Origin: Thermoplasmata archaeon
GTDB lineage: Archaea; Thermoplasmatota; E2; DHVEG-1
DNA: 64,000 nucleotides
Reading direction: 5' to 3'
NCBI GenBank assembly: GCA_014894395.1
Contig: JADBLO010000072.1
Location: 130,351 to 194,350 of the forward strand
Shown: piece after piece, positions 26,420 through 35,952 of the stretch
Layout: each line of letters starts with the position of its first letter
How positions within the stretch are numbered: position 1 is the first letter of the stretch
The notes under the pieces: generated by a model
Seen by the model: the letters and a program-made list of their open reading frames with translations, nothing else
What the model was told of the DNA's origin: nothing
Database searches by the model: none
Program-made: the position numbers and the translations under genes

Positions 26420-28303
26420 ATGAAGAATCATGCTCATCATAAGAAATCGACAATCTGGCAGAAAATGACAAGCTGGAAAGGTATCTGGTTTCATGTCGCA
26501 GGCATTATTGCAATCATTTGGTTTCTCATTCGAGTAGCCCCTAACCCTCAACGAGCCCGCTATCCTTGTCAACAGGTTGCTTTATCCATTTCATTTGGAT
26601 ACATCGCATTCTGGGGTATTCTGTTTACAGGTCTTGTTGTGTGGCTGCGTACCGTGAAAACACGGTGGGCGAAAACGATACCAACGCTCGCCGCTGCCTT
26701 TGTTGTTCTTTTTACAATCACTGGAGCTGTGTTTGCTTCGAATTATTTCCAGGGAAACGGTACCATGGCATCTGCATGGGACCCTATCCCGAAACAACCT
26801 ATGGGCATAGGAACTGGTGTGAATCCTGGTCGAGTTGTGTGGGTGTGGAATCCGAATGCGACAGAGAAAAACCTTAATGGATATTGGTGGGAACAAGAGA
26901 ACAATAACCAAGATGTCATTGACCACATGTTTTCTGTCGGTGTACAACAGCTCACAGGAACATCAAGTGATTCTGTTGCTTGGAATTCCGTATTTTGCTA
27001 TTTTAATGAAGTCCATGAGAATGGAAACGTGGGCTATCAACCTGGAGAAAAGATTGCAATCAAACTAAATTTCAATAACGCGTTAGTTGGTGTTGGTGAT
27101 CCATATGTCAAAGAAGATAACGATCGAGACGCAAGCCCGTATGTGGTGAAAGCATTATTACGTCAGCTTGTTAATGTCGTCGGTGTAGCCCAAGAAGATA
27201 TTACTCTTTTTGACGCGTCACGACCAATACCGAACTGTTTCTACAACCGTGTGTATTATGAGATCTATCCTGCTGATCCATTGGTAGAGGAATTTTCACA
27301 CATTCATTATGTTGATTCAATCGGTGGAGCAACAGGTCGTGAGCAGGTGGCTCCCAGCTCTACGAAAATGTATTTTTCCGATGGTACGATTCGAACGCTT
27401 CCAACGTGTGTTGTCGATGCGAAGTATATCATCAACATGCCAATACTGAAGAGACATCCAATAAACATGGGTGTGACCTTATCAGGGAAGAACTTTTTCG
27501 GATCGTTCATCGAACCGGTGTCAGATATCCACGCGTATCATATATCAGGTTTGACCATGGGGAACGCTGCACCGCAGGTGGATTTGTTTGCTTATGAACA
27601 TCTTGGAGGAAAAACACTCCTGTTTCTTGGTGATGGGACCTTTGGGACCAAGGTGGATCATAAAACGATTGCGAAATTCTTAATGTACCCGTTTAATGAT
27701 GATTGGACGAACAGTTTGTTCTTCTCCCAAGACCCGGTTGCCATTGATTCAGTCATGTATGATTTCTTGCTAACAGAAGGAACTAATCCAATTGAAGGGT
27801 CACAGAACTATCTGCATCAAGCCGCAGTTCCCGCTCCGAATGTCTATGATCCTGAACATGATGGAATGTACCTATCAACGAGTCTTGGTGTTCATGAACA
27901 TTGGGACCGGACTGTGAATATCTTCTCAGTGGACCGGTACTCTGGTCTTACGGGGAACGGGATTGATTACCGTACTTCTGGTGAAGAATATGTACGTCCT
28001 GGTGTTGTGTTCACCACGCCTTTGGAAAAACATCTGTATCTGTTTGGAACAGACAAAGGAGCGTTCCCATTCACGATGATCCTTGGGAAAATCGATGTTG
28101 AAGCACAAGTCAACGGTGATGCTGGGACCGTTCAAAAAATTGAGTTTTACAAGGACAACATATTACAATTCACAGATACCGAAGCACCGTATATTTGGAC
28201 GTGGAACAAACTATCGTTCTTTAGACATACGATAAAAATTATCGCGTACTATGATTCGGTCAATAGTACGAGCAACCAAATAACTGTCTGGAAATTATTT
28301 TAA
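26420..28303 (+). CDS. Membrane-anchored protein with DUF362-like domain and C-terminal Ig-like domain
   Basis: 627 aa. 3-4 N-terminal TM helices. Central region with KIAIKLNFNN and ILKRHPINMGVTLSGKNFFG, reminiscent of the DUF362 motifs (KPN...KTH...G.T...KN.FG). Last ~70 aa are homologous to the C-terminus of 8582..10444. Confidence 0.5.
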   Translation: MKNHAHHKKSTIWQKMTSWKGIWFHVAGIIAIIWFLIRVAPNPQRARYPCQQVALSISFGYIAFWGILFTGLVVWLRTVKTRWAKTIPTLAAAFVVLFTITGAVFASNYFQGNGTMASAWDPIPKQPMGIGTGVNPGRVVWVWNPNATEKNLNGYWWEQENNNQDVIDHMFSVGVQQLTGTSSDSVAWNSVFCYFNEVHENGNVGYQPGEKIAIKLNFNNALVGVGDPYVKEDNDRDASPYVVKALLRQLVNVVGVAQEDITLFDASRPIPNCFYNRVYYEIYPADPLVEEFSHIHYVDSIGGATGREQVAPSSTKMYFSDGTIRTLPTCVVDAKYIINMPILKRHPINMGVTLSGKNFFGSFIEPVSDIHAYHISGLTMGNAAPQVDLFAYEHLGGKTLLFLGDGTFGTKVDHKTIAKFLMYPFNDDWTNSLFFSQDPVAIDSVMYDFLLTEGTNPIEGSQNYLHQAAVPAPNVYDPEHDGMYLSTSLGVHEHWDRTVNIFSVDRYSGLTGNGIDYRTSGEEYVRPGVVFTTPLEKHLYLFGTDKGAFPFTMILGKIDVEAQVNGDAGTVQKIEFYKDNILQFTDTEAPYIWTWNKLSFFRHTIKIIAYYDSVNSTSNQITVWKLF

Positions 28304-28314
28304 TAAAAAAGGAG

Positions 28315-28389
28315 CGGACGTGGCGGGATTCGAACCCGCGGTTACCGACTTAGAAGGCCGGTGCCTTATCCAGGCTAGGCCACACGCCC
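28315..28389 (-). tRNA. tRNA-Arg (anticodon TCT)
   Basis: Folded by hand. 7-bp acceptor stem with one G-U pair. Anticodon stem CCGGC/GTCGG, loop CTTCTAA. TPsiC GGTTCGAATCC. Confidence 0.8.
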
Positions 28390-28400
28390 AAATAGAGTAG

Positions 28401-28488
28401 CGCTGAGGGGGAGATTCGAACTCCCGCTCCCCTTGCGGAGAACCGGCTCTCAAGGCCGGCGCGGTAAACCGAGCTTTGCTACCTCAGC
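28401..28488 (-). tRNA. tRNA-Ser (anticodon TGA)
   Basis: 88 nt. Acceptor GCTGAGG/CCTCAGC. Anticodon loop CTTGAGA. Long variable arm typical of tRNA-Ser. TPsiC GGTTCGAATCC-like. Confidence 0.8.
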
Positions 28489-28543
28489 AGTGTATCAAAT
28501 AATGCAGAGGTATAAGATATCCTTATAAAAAAGGGTTGTTCTT

Positions 28544-28858
28544 TTAAGATTTCAAAACAATTTCGATATGAACGCCGTCAGGGACCTGGATCCTCATAAG
28601 TTGCCGCAACGCACGATCACTCGCATCGAGATCAATGAGTCGTTTGTGAATCCGCATTTCCCAATGATCAATGGTTTCTGTTCCTTCACCATCGGGGGAT
28701 TTTCGACAGGGGACTCGTAATCGTTTCGTTGGCATTGGCACCGGTCCTCGCAGTGCGACACCGGTTTTTTCTGCAATCATCTTAATTTGCGTACACACTT
28801 CCTCAAGCTTTGTTGATTCCGTGCTGGTGAGTGATATTCGTGCTTTCTGCGCTGACAT
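28544..28858 (-). CDS. rps10: 30S ribosomal protein S10
   Basis: 104 aa. ARISLTS...[10 protein letters not shown]...IHKRLIDL is canonical uS10. Confidence 0.85.
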   Translation of the reverse strand: MSAQKARISLTSTESTKLEEVCTQIKMIAEKTGVALRGPVPMPTKRLRVPCRKSPDGEGTETIDHWEMRIHKRLIDLDASDRALRQLMRIQVPDGVHIEIVLKS

Positions 28859-28907
28859 ACTCGGGTGCCCCTATTATATTAAAATATAAAAAAGAAGAGA
28901 GGAGGAT

Positions 28908-30191
28908 CTATTTTACCGCCTCGACTTCTAAACAGATACCGGCTGCAACCGTCTGCCCCATATCTCGAATGGCGAACCGCCCAAGTTGTGGAAACTTTTT
29001 GGATGGTTCAATAACCATCGGACGGGTCGGGACGATTTTTACTATCGCAGCGTCACCTGTTTTAATGAAGTCCGGGTTCTCTTCTTTGACTTCCCCGGTT
29101 TTTGGATCAAGTTTCTTTTGGATTTCTTCGAATCTGCACGCAACTTGTGCAGTGTAACAGTGGAAGACGGGCGTGTACCCTTTAGTAATGACGGAGGGGT
29201 GGTTCAACACCATGATTTGTGCGATGAATGACTTGGCAACGGTTGGCGGGTCATTCGCTGGTCCTGCGACATCTCCTCTCCTGATATCTCCTTTGTTGAG
29301 ACCACGGACGTTCACACCAATGTTGTCACCAGGCACTGCCTGACTAATCATTTCATGGTGCATTTCAATGGTTTTTACTTCTCCAGAGACTCCGCCAGGT
29401 TTCATACTGGGTTTAAAGACCAGTGTTTGTCCAGGTTTCATGATACCGCATTCGACCTTTCCGACAGGAACAGTACCGACACCTTTAATGGTGTAGACAT
29501 CTTGGATTGGCCATCGGAGTGGTAGGTTCACTGGTTTTTCAGGAAGGGTAAATTTGTCAATAGCTTTCAAAATAGTGTCACCAGTCCACCAGGTGATTCC
29601 TTTTTTCTCTTTTATGTTGTCTCCTTCGAAAGCAGAGACAGGGACGAACTGAAGTTGCTCATCTTTGTAACCGACACTTTTTGCTAACGCATGTACATCA
29701 GCTTTAACCTGTTCATAACGGGCTTTGTCGTATGGTGGCGTGGTTGCATCCATTTGGTTAATGGCGACGATCATTTGTTTAACACCCAGTGTTCGAGCAA
29801 GGAACATGTGTTCTTTTGTCTGTGCCATAACACCATGTTGTGCAGCGACCACAAGGATTGCTGCATCTGCTTGGGACGTACCCGTGATCATGTTTTTAAC
29901 GAAATCTCGGTGACCAGGAGCATCAATGATTGTAATATAATATTTATCAGTATCAAATCGTTTGTGCGCAACATCAATAGTGACTCCTCGCTCCCGCTCT
30001 TCTTTTAGCTGATCGAAGATCCATGCCAGAGCGAAACTTTCCTTTCCTTTTGCTTTTGCTTCTACTCTGAATTTCTCTACCATGTGTGCGGGGAACTGTC
30101 CGGTATCAAGTAAGATTCTTCCGACGAGTGTGGACTTTCCGTGATCGACGTGACCAATAATTACCAAATTTAGGTGTGGTTTTTCAGCCAT
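28908..30191 (-). CDS. tuf: Translation elongation factor EF-1 alpha
   Basis: 427 aa. [17 protein letters not shown] and NKMD-like NQMD motifs. Closely resembles Thermoplasma EF-1alpha. Confidence 0.95.
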   Translation of the reverse strand: MAEKPHLNLVIIGHVDHGKSTLVGRILLDTGQFPAHMVEKFRVEAKAKGKESFALAWIFDQLKEERERGVTIDVAHKRFDTDKYYITIIDAPGHRDFVKNMITGTSQADAAILVVAAQHGVMAQTKEHMFLARTLGVKQMIVAINQMDATTPPYDKARYEQVKADVHALAKSVGYKDEQLQFVPVSAFEGDNIKEKKGITWWTGDTILKAIDKFTLPEKPVNLPLRWPIQDVYTIKGVGTVPVGKVECGIMKPGQTLVFKPSMKPGGVSGEVKTIEMHHEMISQAVPGDNIGVNVRGLNKGDIRRGDVAGPANDPPTVAKSFIAQIMVLNHPSVITKGYTPVFHCYTAQVACRFEEIQKKLDPKTGEVKEENPDFIKTGDAAIVKIVPTRPMVIEPSKKFPQLGRFAIRDMGQTVAAGICLEVEAVK

Positions 30192-30342
30192 AATTTTACC
30201 TCCATGAGTCTACATTTCAATTCAGTATTTATCTTTTCCTATTCCTTTCTTTCCTTTGAAGGTTTGATAGCGTATAGCCTTCTTATTTATAAGTTTTACC
30301 TAGATGACAGGAGAACGTGACAACCTCAGAAAAAATGAATTT

Positions 30343-31725
30343 CTACACGTGTTGAAGAAAAGATTCGACAAGGTTTTTGTAGGTTGTCACTAACTGTTCG
30401 GCACGTTGTTTTTCTTTTGCTTCTACAAAGAGTCGGAATATCGGCTCTGTCCCTGATGGACGCATCAGCACCCAGCCGCCTTTCACGTAGAGTTTAACTC
30501 CGTCGGTTCTATCGATGTTTGTTACGTCTTTGTTGCCCTTCACCTGTTCCACTACTAGGTCCATGACACGTTCTTTTTTATCATTTGGACATGCTATCTT
30601 TGTTTTATACATCTCATAGGACGGTATCTCTGCGATAAGTTCAGAAAGCGACCTTTTTTCTTTTGCAAGGATTTCTAGTATTTTTGCCAGAGACATTGCT
30701 GAATCACGACAGTACTGGAATTCAGGAAAGATGAGACCGCCGTTCTCTTCGCCGCCAAACACCGCATTTTTTTCTTTCATGACCCGGGCGACAACCGGGG
30801 AGCCTACTTTGGTGTAGATGACGCTCCCGCCGTTCTCTCGTATCACGTCTTCGAAACACGTAGAGGTAGTTACTGGTGTGACCACAACGCCTCCTTTCTT
30901 TTTCCCAGTGATATATTTTCCTACAAGCGAGAGTGATTTGTCACCCCAGATGTATGTTCCGTTTTCATCAACGAAGATAGCGCGGTCAGCGTCCCCATCC
31001 TGGGCGATACCGAATGATGCGCCAGCCTCGTGTACTGTTTTAAGCAGAGTAGTAAGGTTTTCAGGGATTGGCTCTGAATTATGCCCAGGGAACCGGCCAT
31101 CAGGTTCGCAGTATAATTCCGTAACCTCGCATCCGAGTTTTCTGAGAAGGATTGGTGCAACGAGGCTTCCAGCACCGTTACCACAGTCAAGAACCACGTG
31201 GAATTTCTGTTTTTTAATGAGTGTGACGTCCACTGTTGAGAGGATTCCTTTTATATAGGAATCTATTGCACCATCCCAGCTGGAATAGGTTCCGACATCC
31301 CTCCAGGTTGCAAGGGAGTATTGTCGTGAGAAATATATTTTTTCGATTGCTTCTTCAACGTCTTTAGAAAACTCGGTTCCGTCGCTTGCCGCCCCTTTGA
31401 TACCGTTAAACTGCGGTGGATTATGCGACGCGGTGATGATGACACCGGAATCAAATTTTTTCTCCTTAATAGTGTATTGTAATGTTGGTGTGGGTACAAG
31501 TCCCACGTCGATAACGTCACATCCTGTGGATAGCAGTCCTGCAGTAATTGCGTATTTAAGCATGCTGTTAGAAAGTCGTGCGTCGGTTCCAATAGCAAGC
31601 TTTGGTCGTGTAATTGTTTGTTTCAGATAGGTGCCCCAGGCTTTCCCGATACCCAAGGCAAGTTCATTGTTCATCTCTTGGTTGACGATGCCTCTGATGC
31701 CGTTGGTGCCAAAAAGTCGTGTCAT
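30343..31725 (-). CDS. Phosphoglucosamine mutase / phosphomannomutase (alpha-D-phosphohexomutase family)
   Basis: 460 aa. Active-site serine loop TASHNP. GxGDGDADR-like metal loop DGDADR. Confidence 0.75.
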   Translation of the reverse strand: MTRLFGTNGIRGIVNQEMNNELALGIGKAWGTYLKQTITRPKLAIGTDARLSNSMLKYAITAGLLSTGCDVIDVGLVPTPTLQYTIKEKKFDSGVIITASHNPPQFNGIKGAASDGTEFSKDVEEAIEKIYFSRQYSLATWRDVGTYSSWDGAIDSYIKGILSTVDVTLIKKQKFHVVLDCGNGAGSLVAPILLRKLGCEVTELYCEPDGRFPGHNSEPIPENLTTLLKTVHEAGASFGIAQDGDADRAIFVDENGTYIWGDKSLSLVGKYITGKKKGGVVVTPVTTSTCFEDVIRENGGSVIYTKVGSPVVARVMKEKNAVFGGEENGGLIFPEFQYCRDSAMSLAKILEILAKEKRSLSELIAEIPSYEMYKTKIACPNDKKERVMDLVVEQVKGNKDVTNIDRTDGVKLYVKGGWVLMRPSGTEPIFRLFVEAKEKQRAEQLVTTYKNLVESFLQHV

Positions 31726-31739
31726 GTTCTTTCGTACCT

Positions 31740-33128
31740 TTACGGGGTTGTTGCCTTCATGTGTTCAATAATCTCATGTGTTCTTGCCAGAAATTGGGTT
31801 GTCAGGTCCTGGAGAATGGTTTCGTTGTCTGCTTCAGTGGTTAATCGGATGATCGGGCTGGTGTTTGAGGCCCGGATTAGAATCCAGCCGTCTGGGAGGT
31901 CAACGCGTACACCATCCATGGTGTTCACGTGCTCAAATTCTTTAGTGAGTTTTTGTTTGAGTTGTTGGACTACATCGAATTTTATCTCATCAGCGCATTC
32001 TATTTCTTCTTTTTTCGTTGGATACATTGGTATCTCGGTGACAAGTTCGTGTAAGGGTTTTTTAACGTGTTCAAGAATTTCTGCGATCTTCAACGGAACG
32101 ACCAGTGCATCATCAAATAAGAAATATTCAGGCAGGATAAGATGCCCTGATGATTCAATCCCGAGAGGCGCGTGCTCTTGTTTTGCCTCTAGTGTTAAAA
32201 AGGTATGGCCGACCGGTATCTGTTTGATGGTAAATCCAAGTGGCTCGAGTTGTTCTTTGACCGATTTGGAGCATTCGACGTTAACGATGATCGTTCCTTT
32301 TTTTTCTTTAATACCGTATTTTCCAAGGATAATCCCTGTTTGATCCGCGGAAAGGATCTTCCCTGTGTTATCAACAATGACTGCTCTGTCCCCATCACCG
32401 TCGAAGGCGACACCAAAATCACATCGTTGTTGTTTCACCGTTTCAACAAGTGTCGTCAGGTTCTTTGGTTTTGGATCAGACGGACGTTGTGAGAATGTTG
32501 GGTCAGGATCACAGTACACCGGTACCGTATGGAGTCCAAGAGTGGTAAAAATCTCTGGTGCAGAAAGTGTCATACTTGCGCCACCACAGTCAAGTGCGAC
32601 TTTGAGCTTTTTCTTAAATTTGAAATGGGAGAAAAAGAAGTTTTTATATCCTGCTTTCGCGTCAACAGATTGTACTTGTCCTATTTTATCCCAGCTCACA
32701 ACCTCAAAGAAATCTCGGAGAACCAAGTCTCTGATAGCCATGAGTTTGTCTTCGGGCAACCCGACGCCGTCACCGTAATAGAATTTAATCCCGTTCCATT
32801 CTGGTGGGAGGTGACTTGCAGTGACAAACGCGATCAGATCTGCATGCAGCTCTCCTCCGGTGAAAAGGGTTTGACCAAATGACGTTGTCCCTGTATATTT
32901 AATGTGCACTCCAGTTGCAGTGACGCCTGCGATAAACGCATGTGTGAGTGGAGGGCTGGATTGACGGATGTCGCTACCAATCACAATTTGTGATCCTTTC
33001 ATCATTTGTTTTACATAGGTTCCTGCAGCAAGTCCGATTTTGTAAAACACGTCAGGGGAAATATCTTTGTTGTAAAGTCCTCTGATATCATAAGCCCTGA
33101 AGATTTGTTTGGATATAGGTTGACTCAT
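31740..33128 (-). CDS. Phosphomannomutase / phosphoglucomutase paralog
   Basis: 462 aa. TASHLPPEWNG serine loop, DGDGDR metal loop. Tandem paralog of the upstream gene. Confidence 0.75.
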   Translation of the reverse strand: MSQPISKQIFRAYDIRGLYNKDISPDVFYKIGLAAGTYVKQMMKGSQIVIGSDIRQSSPPLTHAFIAGVTATGVHIKYTGTTSFGQTLFTGGELHADLIAFVTASHLPPEWNGIKFYYGDGVGLPEDKLMAIRDLVLRDFFEVVSWDKIGQVQSVDAKAGYKNFFFSHFKFKKKLKVALDCGGASMTLSAPEIFTTLGLHTVPVYCDPDPTFSQRPSDPKPKNLTTLVETVKQQRCDFGVAFDGDGDRAVIVDNTGKILSADQTGIILGKYGIKEKKGTIIVNVECSKSVKEQLEPLGFTIKQIPVGHTFLTLEAKQEHAPLGIESSGHLILPEYFLFDDALVVPLKIAEILEHVKKPLHELVTEIPMYPTKKEEIECADEIKFDVVQQLKQKLTKEFEHVNTMDGVRVDLPDGWILIRASNTSPIIRLTTEADNETILQDLTTQFLARTHEIIEHMKATTP

Positions 33129-33181
33129 TACAAGGCAAATGAGCAGCCGGTTATAAAAATCTGATTGCTGAAACCCCTAGT

Positions 33182-34210
33182 TTATTCTCCAATCACATTC
33201 CCAATTTGTTTGTTTGGATATCCTTGTGGGATCGGCTGATTCCACACAACAGCATTGTCAAGTTTTGTGTGTTTCTCAATTATTTCGTTGTCACCAATCG
33301 CGACATTCCTCAGAACTGATCCATCGCCTATCTCACAGTGTTCACCAATCACGCAATGATCCAAGGAAACGTTGTCTCCAACAGTGACCTGATCAAACAG
33401 AATACTGGATTCGACAGTTGTATTCTTTCCGATACGGACCATGTTTCCAGCACATGATGATTTTAGTGTTCCTTGGATTGTACACTGTTCTCCAGTGGCA
33501 AAAGTTTTCTTTTGCTTTTCTAAGAGGAGCGCATGGACGCTGATGTAGCTGCTGATTCTACCGACATCAATCCAGTGCCCCTGGAACTTGTAGCCAAAAA
33601 AACGTCCCGTGTTATTGATGATTTGTGGGAAGATTTGTTTTTCCATGGAAACTAGTTTGCCTGGTTCGATATAATTGAGCACCTGTGGTTCGAGGAGGTA
33701 CGCCCCAGCGTTAATAAGGTCAGAGGGAGCATCCTCTGCTTTTGGTTTTTCTACAAATTTTGTGATATTTCCATCTTTTTTGATGTCAACCACACCAAAC
33801 TCTGAGACGTTCTCGATCGGCCAGAGCGAGATTGTGGCAGTTGCTTTTTTCTTTTCATGAAATCGGAGCATCTCTGCAAGATTTAAGGAACATATAATAT
33901 CAGCATTTAGCGTAAAAAAAGGTCCGGTGATATATTGATCAGCATACTTGACAGCTCCACCAGTTCCAAGCGGCTCTGGTTCTTCGTTGACAATGATGGT
34001 TTTCCCGAAATCGTGCTTGTTGAAATATTCTTCGATTTGTTCTCTGCGGTAGTTCACCGCGAGAATAACAGTATCGACTTTTTTCGGCAGTGTCCTAATT
34101 AAATGGGAGATCATTGGTTCGTTTAGTATAGGTAAGAGCGATTTTGCTCTGGTAAAGGTGAACGGTCGAAGTCTGGTTCCAAAGCCTCCTGCAAGGATTA
34201 TCGCCTCCAT
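33182..34210 (-). CDS. Sugar-1-phosphate nucleotidyltransferase with C-terminal left-handed beta-helix
   Basis: 342 aa. N-terminal ILAGGFGTRLRP (NTP-transferase G-rich loop). C-terminal hexapeptide repeats. Confidence 0.75.
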   Translation of the reverse strand: MEAIILAGGFGTRLRPFTFTRAKSLLPILNEPMISHLIRTLPKKVDTVILAVNYRREQIEEYFNKHDFGKTIIVNEEPEPLGTGGAVKYADQYITGPFFTLNADIICSLNLAEMLRFHEKKKATATISLWPIENVSEFGVVDIKKDGNITKFVEKPKAEDAPSDLINAGAYLLEPQVLNYIEPGKLVSMEKQIFPQIINNTGRFFGYKFQGHWIDVGRISSYISVHALLLEKQKKTFATGEQCTIQGTLKSSCAGNMVRIGKNTTVESSILFDQVTVGDNVSLDHCVIGEHCEIGDGSVLRNVAIGDNEIIEKHTKLDNAVVWNQPIPQGYPNKQIGNVIGE

Positions 34211-34348
34211 AATGTTCTCCTAAGATCCTGTATGACCCTGAACTAGTTGTTGCGTATTAAATCATTTGTTTTTCTCTTGTTTTAAAAAGAAGCGAAAAGA
34301 ATTTATATGATTATATTATTATAATTACTATAAATCAGAGGAAACACC

Positions 34349-35284
34349 ATGAAAAGAAAAATGAAATGGACCTTAATTATCATATCATTTATCTGTGTTG
34401 TATTACTTGTTTCTCCTGCGTGTACCGCTGGATTAAGTTCTCTAAGTCTGAAAAAGAAAAACACACAGACTCAAGAAACAACACAATCTCGATACTGGGC
34501 ATTATTATTCGCCGTGGGAGTCTATGAAAATGCTCCCGATGCAGACCGCCCAGAGATGCTGCAAGCCTGTGATGACCTCTATAATGTTCTTATTGATTCA
34601 CCACAGTTCTGGCAACCGAGTAATATCCATACGGTTAAAGGGAGTCAAGCGATTCTTCAGAACCTCATTAAAGAGTTACTCTGGCTGAGAAAAAATGCGA
34701 AGAGTGAGGATTATGTTCTTGTGTATATCACTACACATGGCAATCAGCTGAAGGATGCACATGGTCTGCCATGGGATCTACCCCCAAAAGATGAGGCAGA
34801 TGGATCAGACGAAATTCTTGTGATGTATAACGGGTTTAATAAATGGTATGGCATCATCTGGGATGACATGTTAAACTTCTTCTTAAGTATCATCAAATGT
34901 AAAGGACTGTGTCTTATTGTCGATAGCTGTTACAGCGGTGGATTCAACGACCCATCATACAATGATATCAACCCGGGAGCTTTCACCGCGGAATCTTTTA
35001 CCGCAGGTTTTGTGAAAGATGTGTCAGCTGCAAATCGAATTGTATTAATGTCAACCCAGGAAAATACTGTTTCATACGGCACTTATTTCTCGAATTTTTT
35101 AATTGAGGGATTTTCCGGGGTGGCAGATTCCGAAGGAAACAACGATGGAGTAAATTCTGCAGAAGAAGCTTTTTATTTTGCAGATGATTGGACATATTGG
35201 TGGGTGCTCTTCAATACCGGATATGAACAATATCCAACAATCAGTGATATGTATCCAGGGGAGTTCCCTGTCACGACCTCTTAG
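34349..35284 (+). CDS. Secreted clan CD cysteine peptidase-like protein (legumain/caspase-like)
   Basis: 311 aa. Signal peptide. YVLVYITTHGNQ (His-Gly) followed ~55 aa later by LIVDSCYSGGF (Cys), the catalytic dyad spacing of C13/C14 enzymes. Confidence 0.5.
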   Translation: MKRKMKWTLIIISFICVVLLVSPACTAGLSSLSLKKKNTQTQETTQSRYWALLFAVGVYENAPDADRPEMLQACDDLYNVLIDSPQFWQPSNIHTVKGSQAILQNLIKELLWLRKNAKSEDYVLVYITTHGNQLKDAHGLPWDLPPKDEADGSDEILVMYNGFNKWYGIIWDDMLNFFLSIIKCKGLCLIVDSCYSGGFNDPSYNDINPGAFTAESFTAGFVKDVSAANRIVLMSTQENTVSYGTYFSNFLIEGFSGVADSEGNNDGVNSAEEAFYFADDWTYWWVLFNTGYEQYPTISDMYPGEFPVTTS

Positions 35285-35359
35285 GAAGAGACACTGAAAC
35301 ATTTAAAAAGTAATAGAAATTCTGGTTGCACTACATACAGTGATAATGATTTTAGTATT

Positions 35360-35433
35360 GGGCTCGTGGTCTAGTTGGTTATGACGTTTCCCTGACACGG
35401 AGAAGGTCTTGAGTTCGAATCTCAACGAGCCCA
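35360..35433 (+). tRNA. tRNA-Val (anticodon GAC)
   Basis: Acceptor GGGCTCG/CGAGCCC. Anticodon stem TTTCC/GGAGA (one G-U), loop CTGACAC. TPsiC GGTTCGAATCC-like GAGTTCGAATCTC. Confidence 0.8.
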
Positions 35434-35611
35434 CTCCTATCATTTTGTACTTTCTGTGACTTACTTACTGCATCGATGAATGTGAAATGTTCTCGGAGTT
35501 TATTCTCCTAAAACCTGCTAATAATCAAACCTTGTTCTCTAGCTTTTGATATTATAAATATAACGAGGGATCACTGCAAAAAGTATGTTGAAAAAAGTTA
35601 CTTCTTAAAAC

Positions 35612-35929
35612 TTACTTAGATGTCTTTTTCAAAAATGGCCAGACATCATCAGCAGTTTTCGCACTATTCACCAGGCTTTGTTTCTCTTTCCACCACTCGG
35701 TGTTCTGGATGTCCTCACGACATTTCGCTAGTTTTTCTTCCACATGGTTAATCTCAACTATCTTCTGCATTGAATGAAGCGTATATTCCATATACACAAT
35801 CACATCACAAAGAACATCCATATCCTGCGCAAGCTCAGGGTTAATCATACTACGTATCTCTTCACCAACAAACTCAAGGGAAAACGCAGGAAACTTCCTA
35901 TTCAGTAGACCCATTCTTACAACCTCCAA
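35612..35929 (-). CDS. Hypothetical protein (105 aa)
   Basis: ORF only. Downstream of tRNA-Val. Confidence 0.3.
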   Translation of the reverse strand: MEVVRMGLLNRKFPAFSLEFVGEEIRSMINPELAQDMDVLCDVIVYMEYTLHSMQKIVEINHVEEKLAKCREDIQNTEWWKEKQSLVNSAKTADDVWPFLKKTSK

Positions 35930-35952
35930 TGACCACCTAATAATCGTGTGCT

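Noticed and set aside
35360-35611. tRNA-Val 3' flank as a possible integration site for a mobile element
   Set aside because: I found no duplicated tRNA 3'-end fragment (attL/attR) downstream, no integrase, and the downstream genes (small hypothetical, MATE, GAF) are ordinary.
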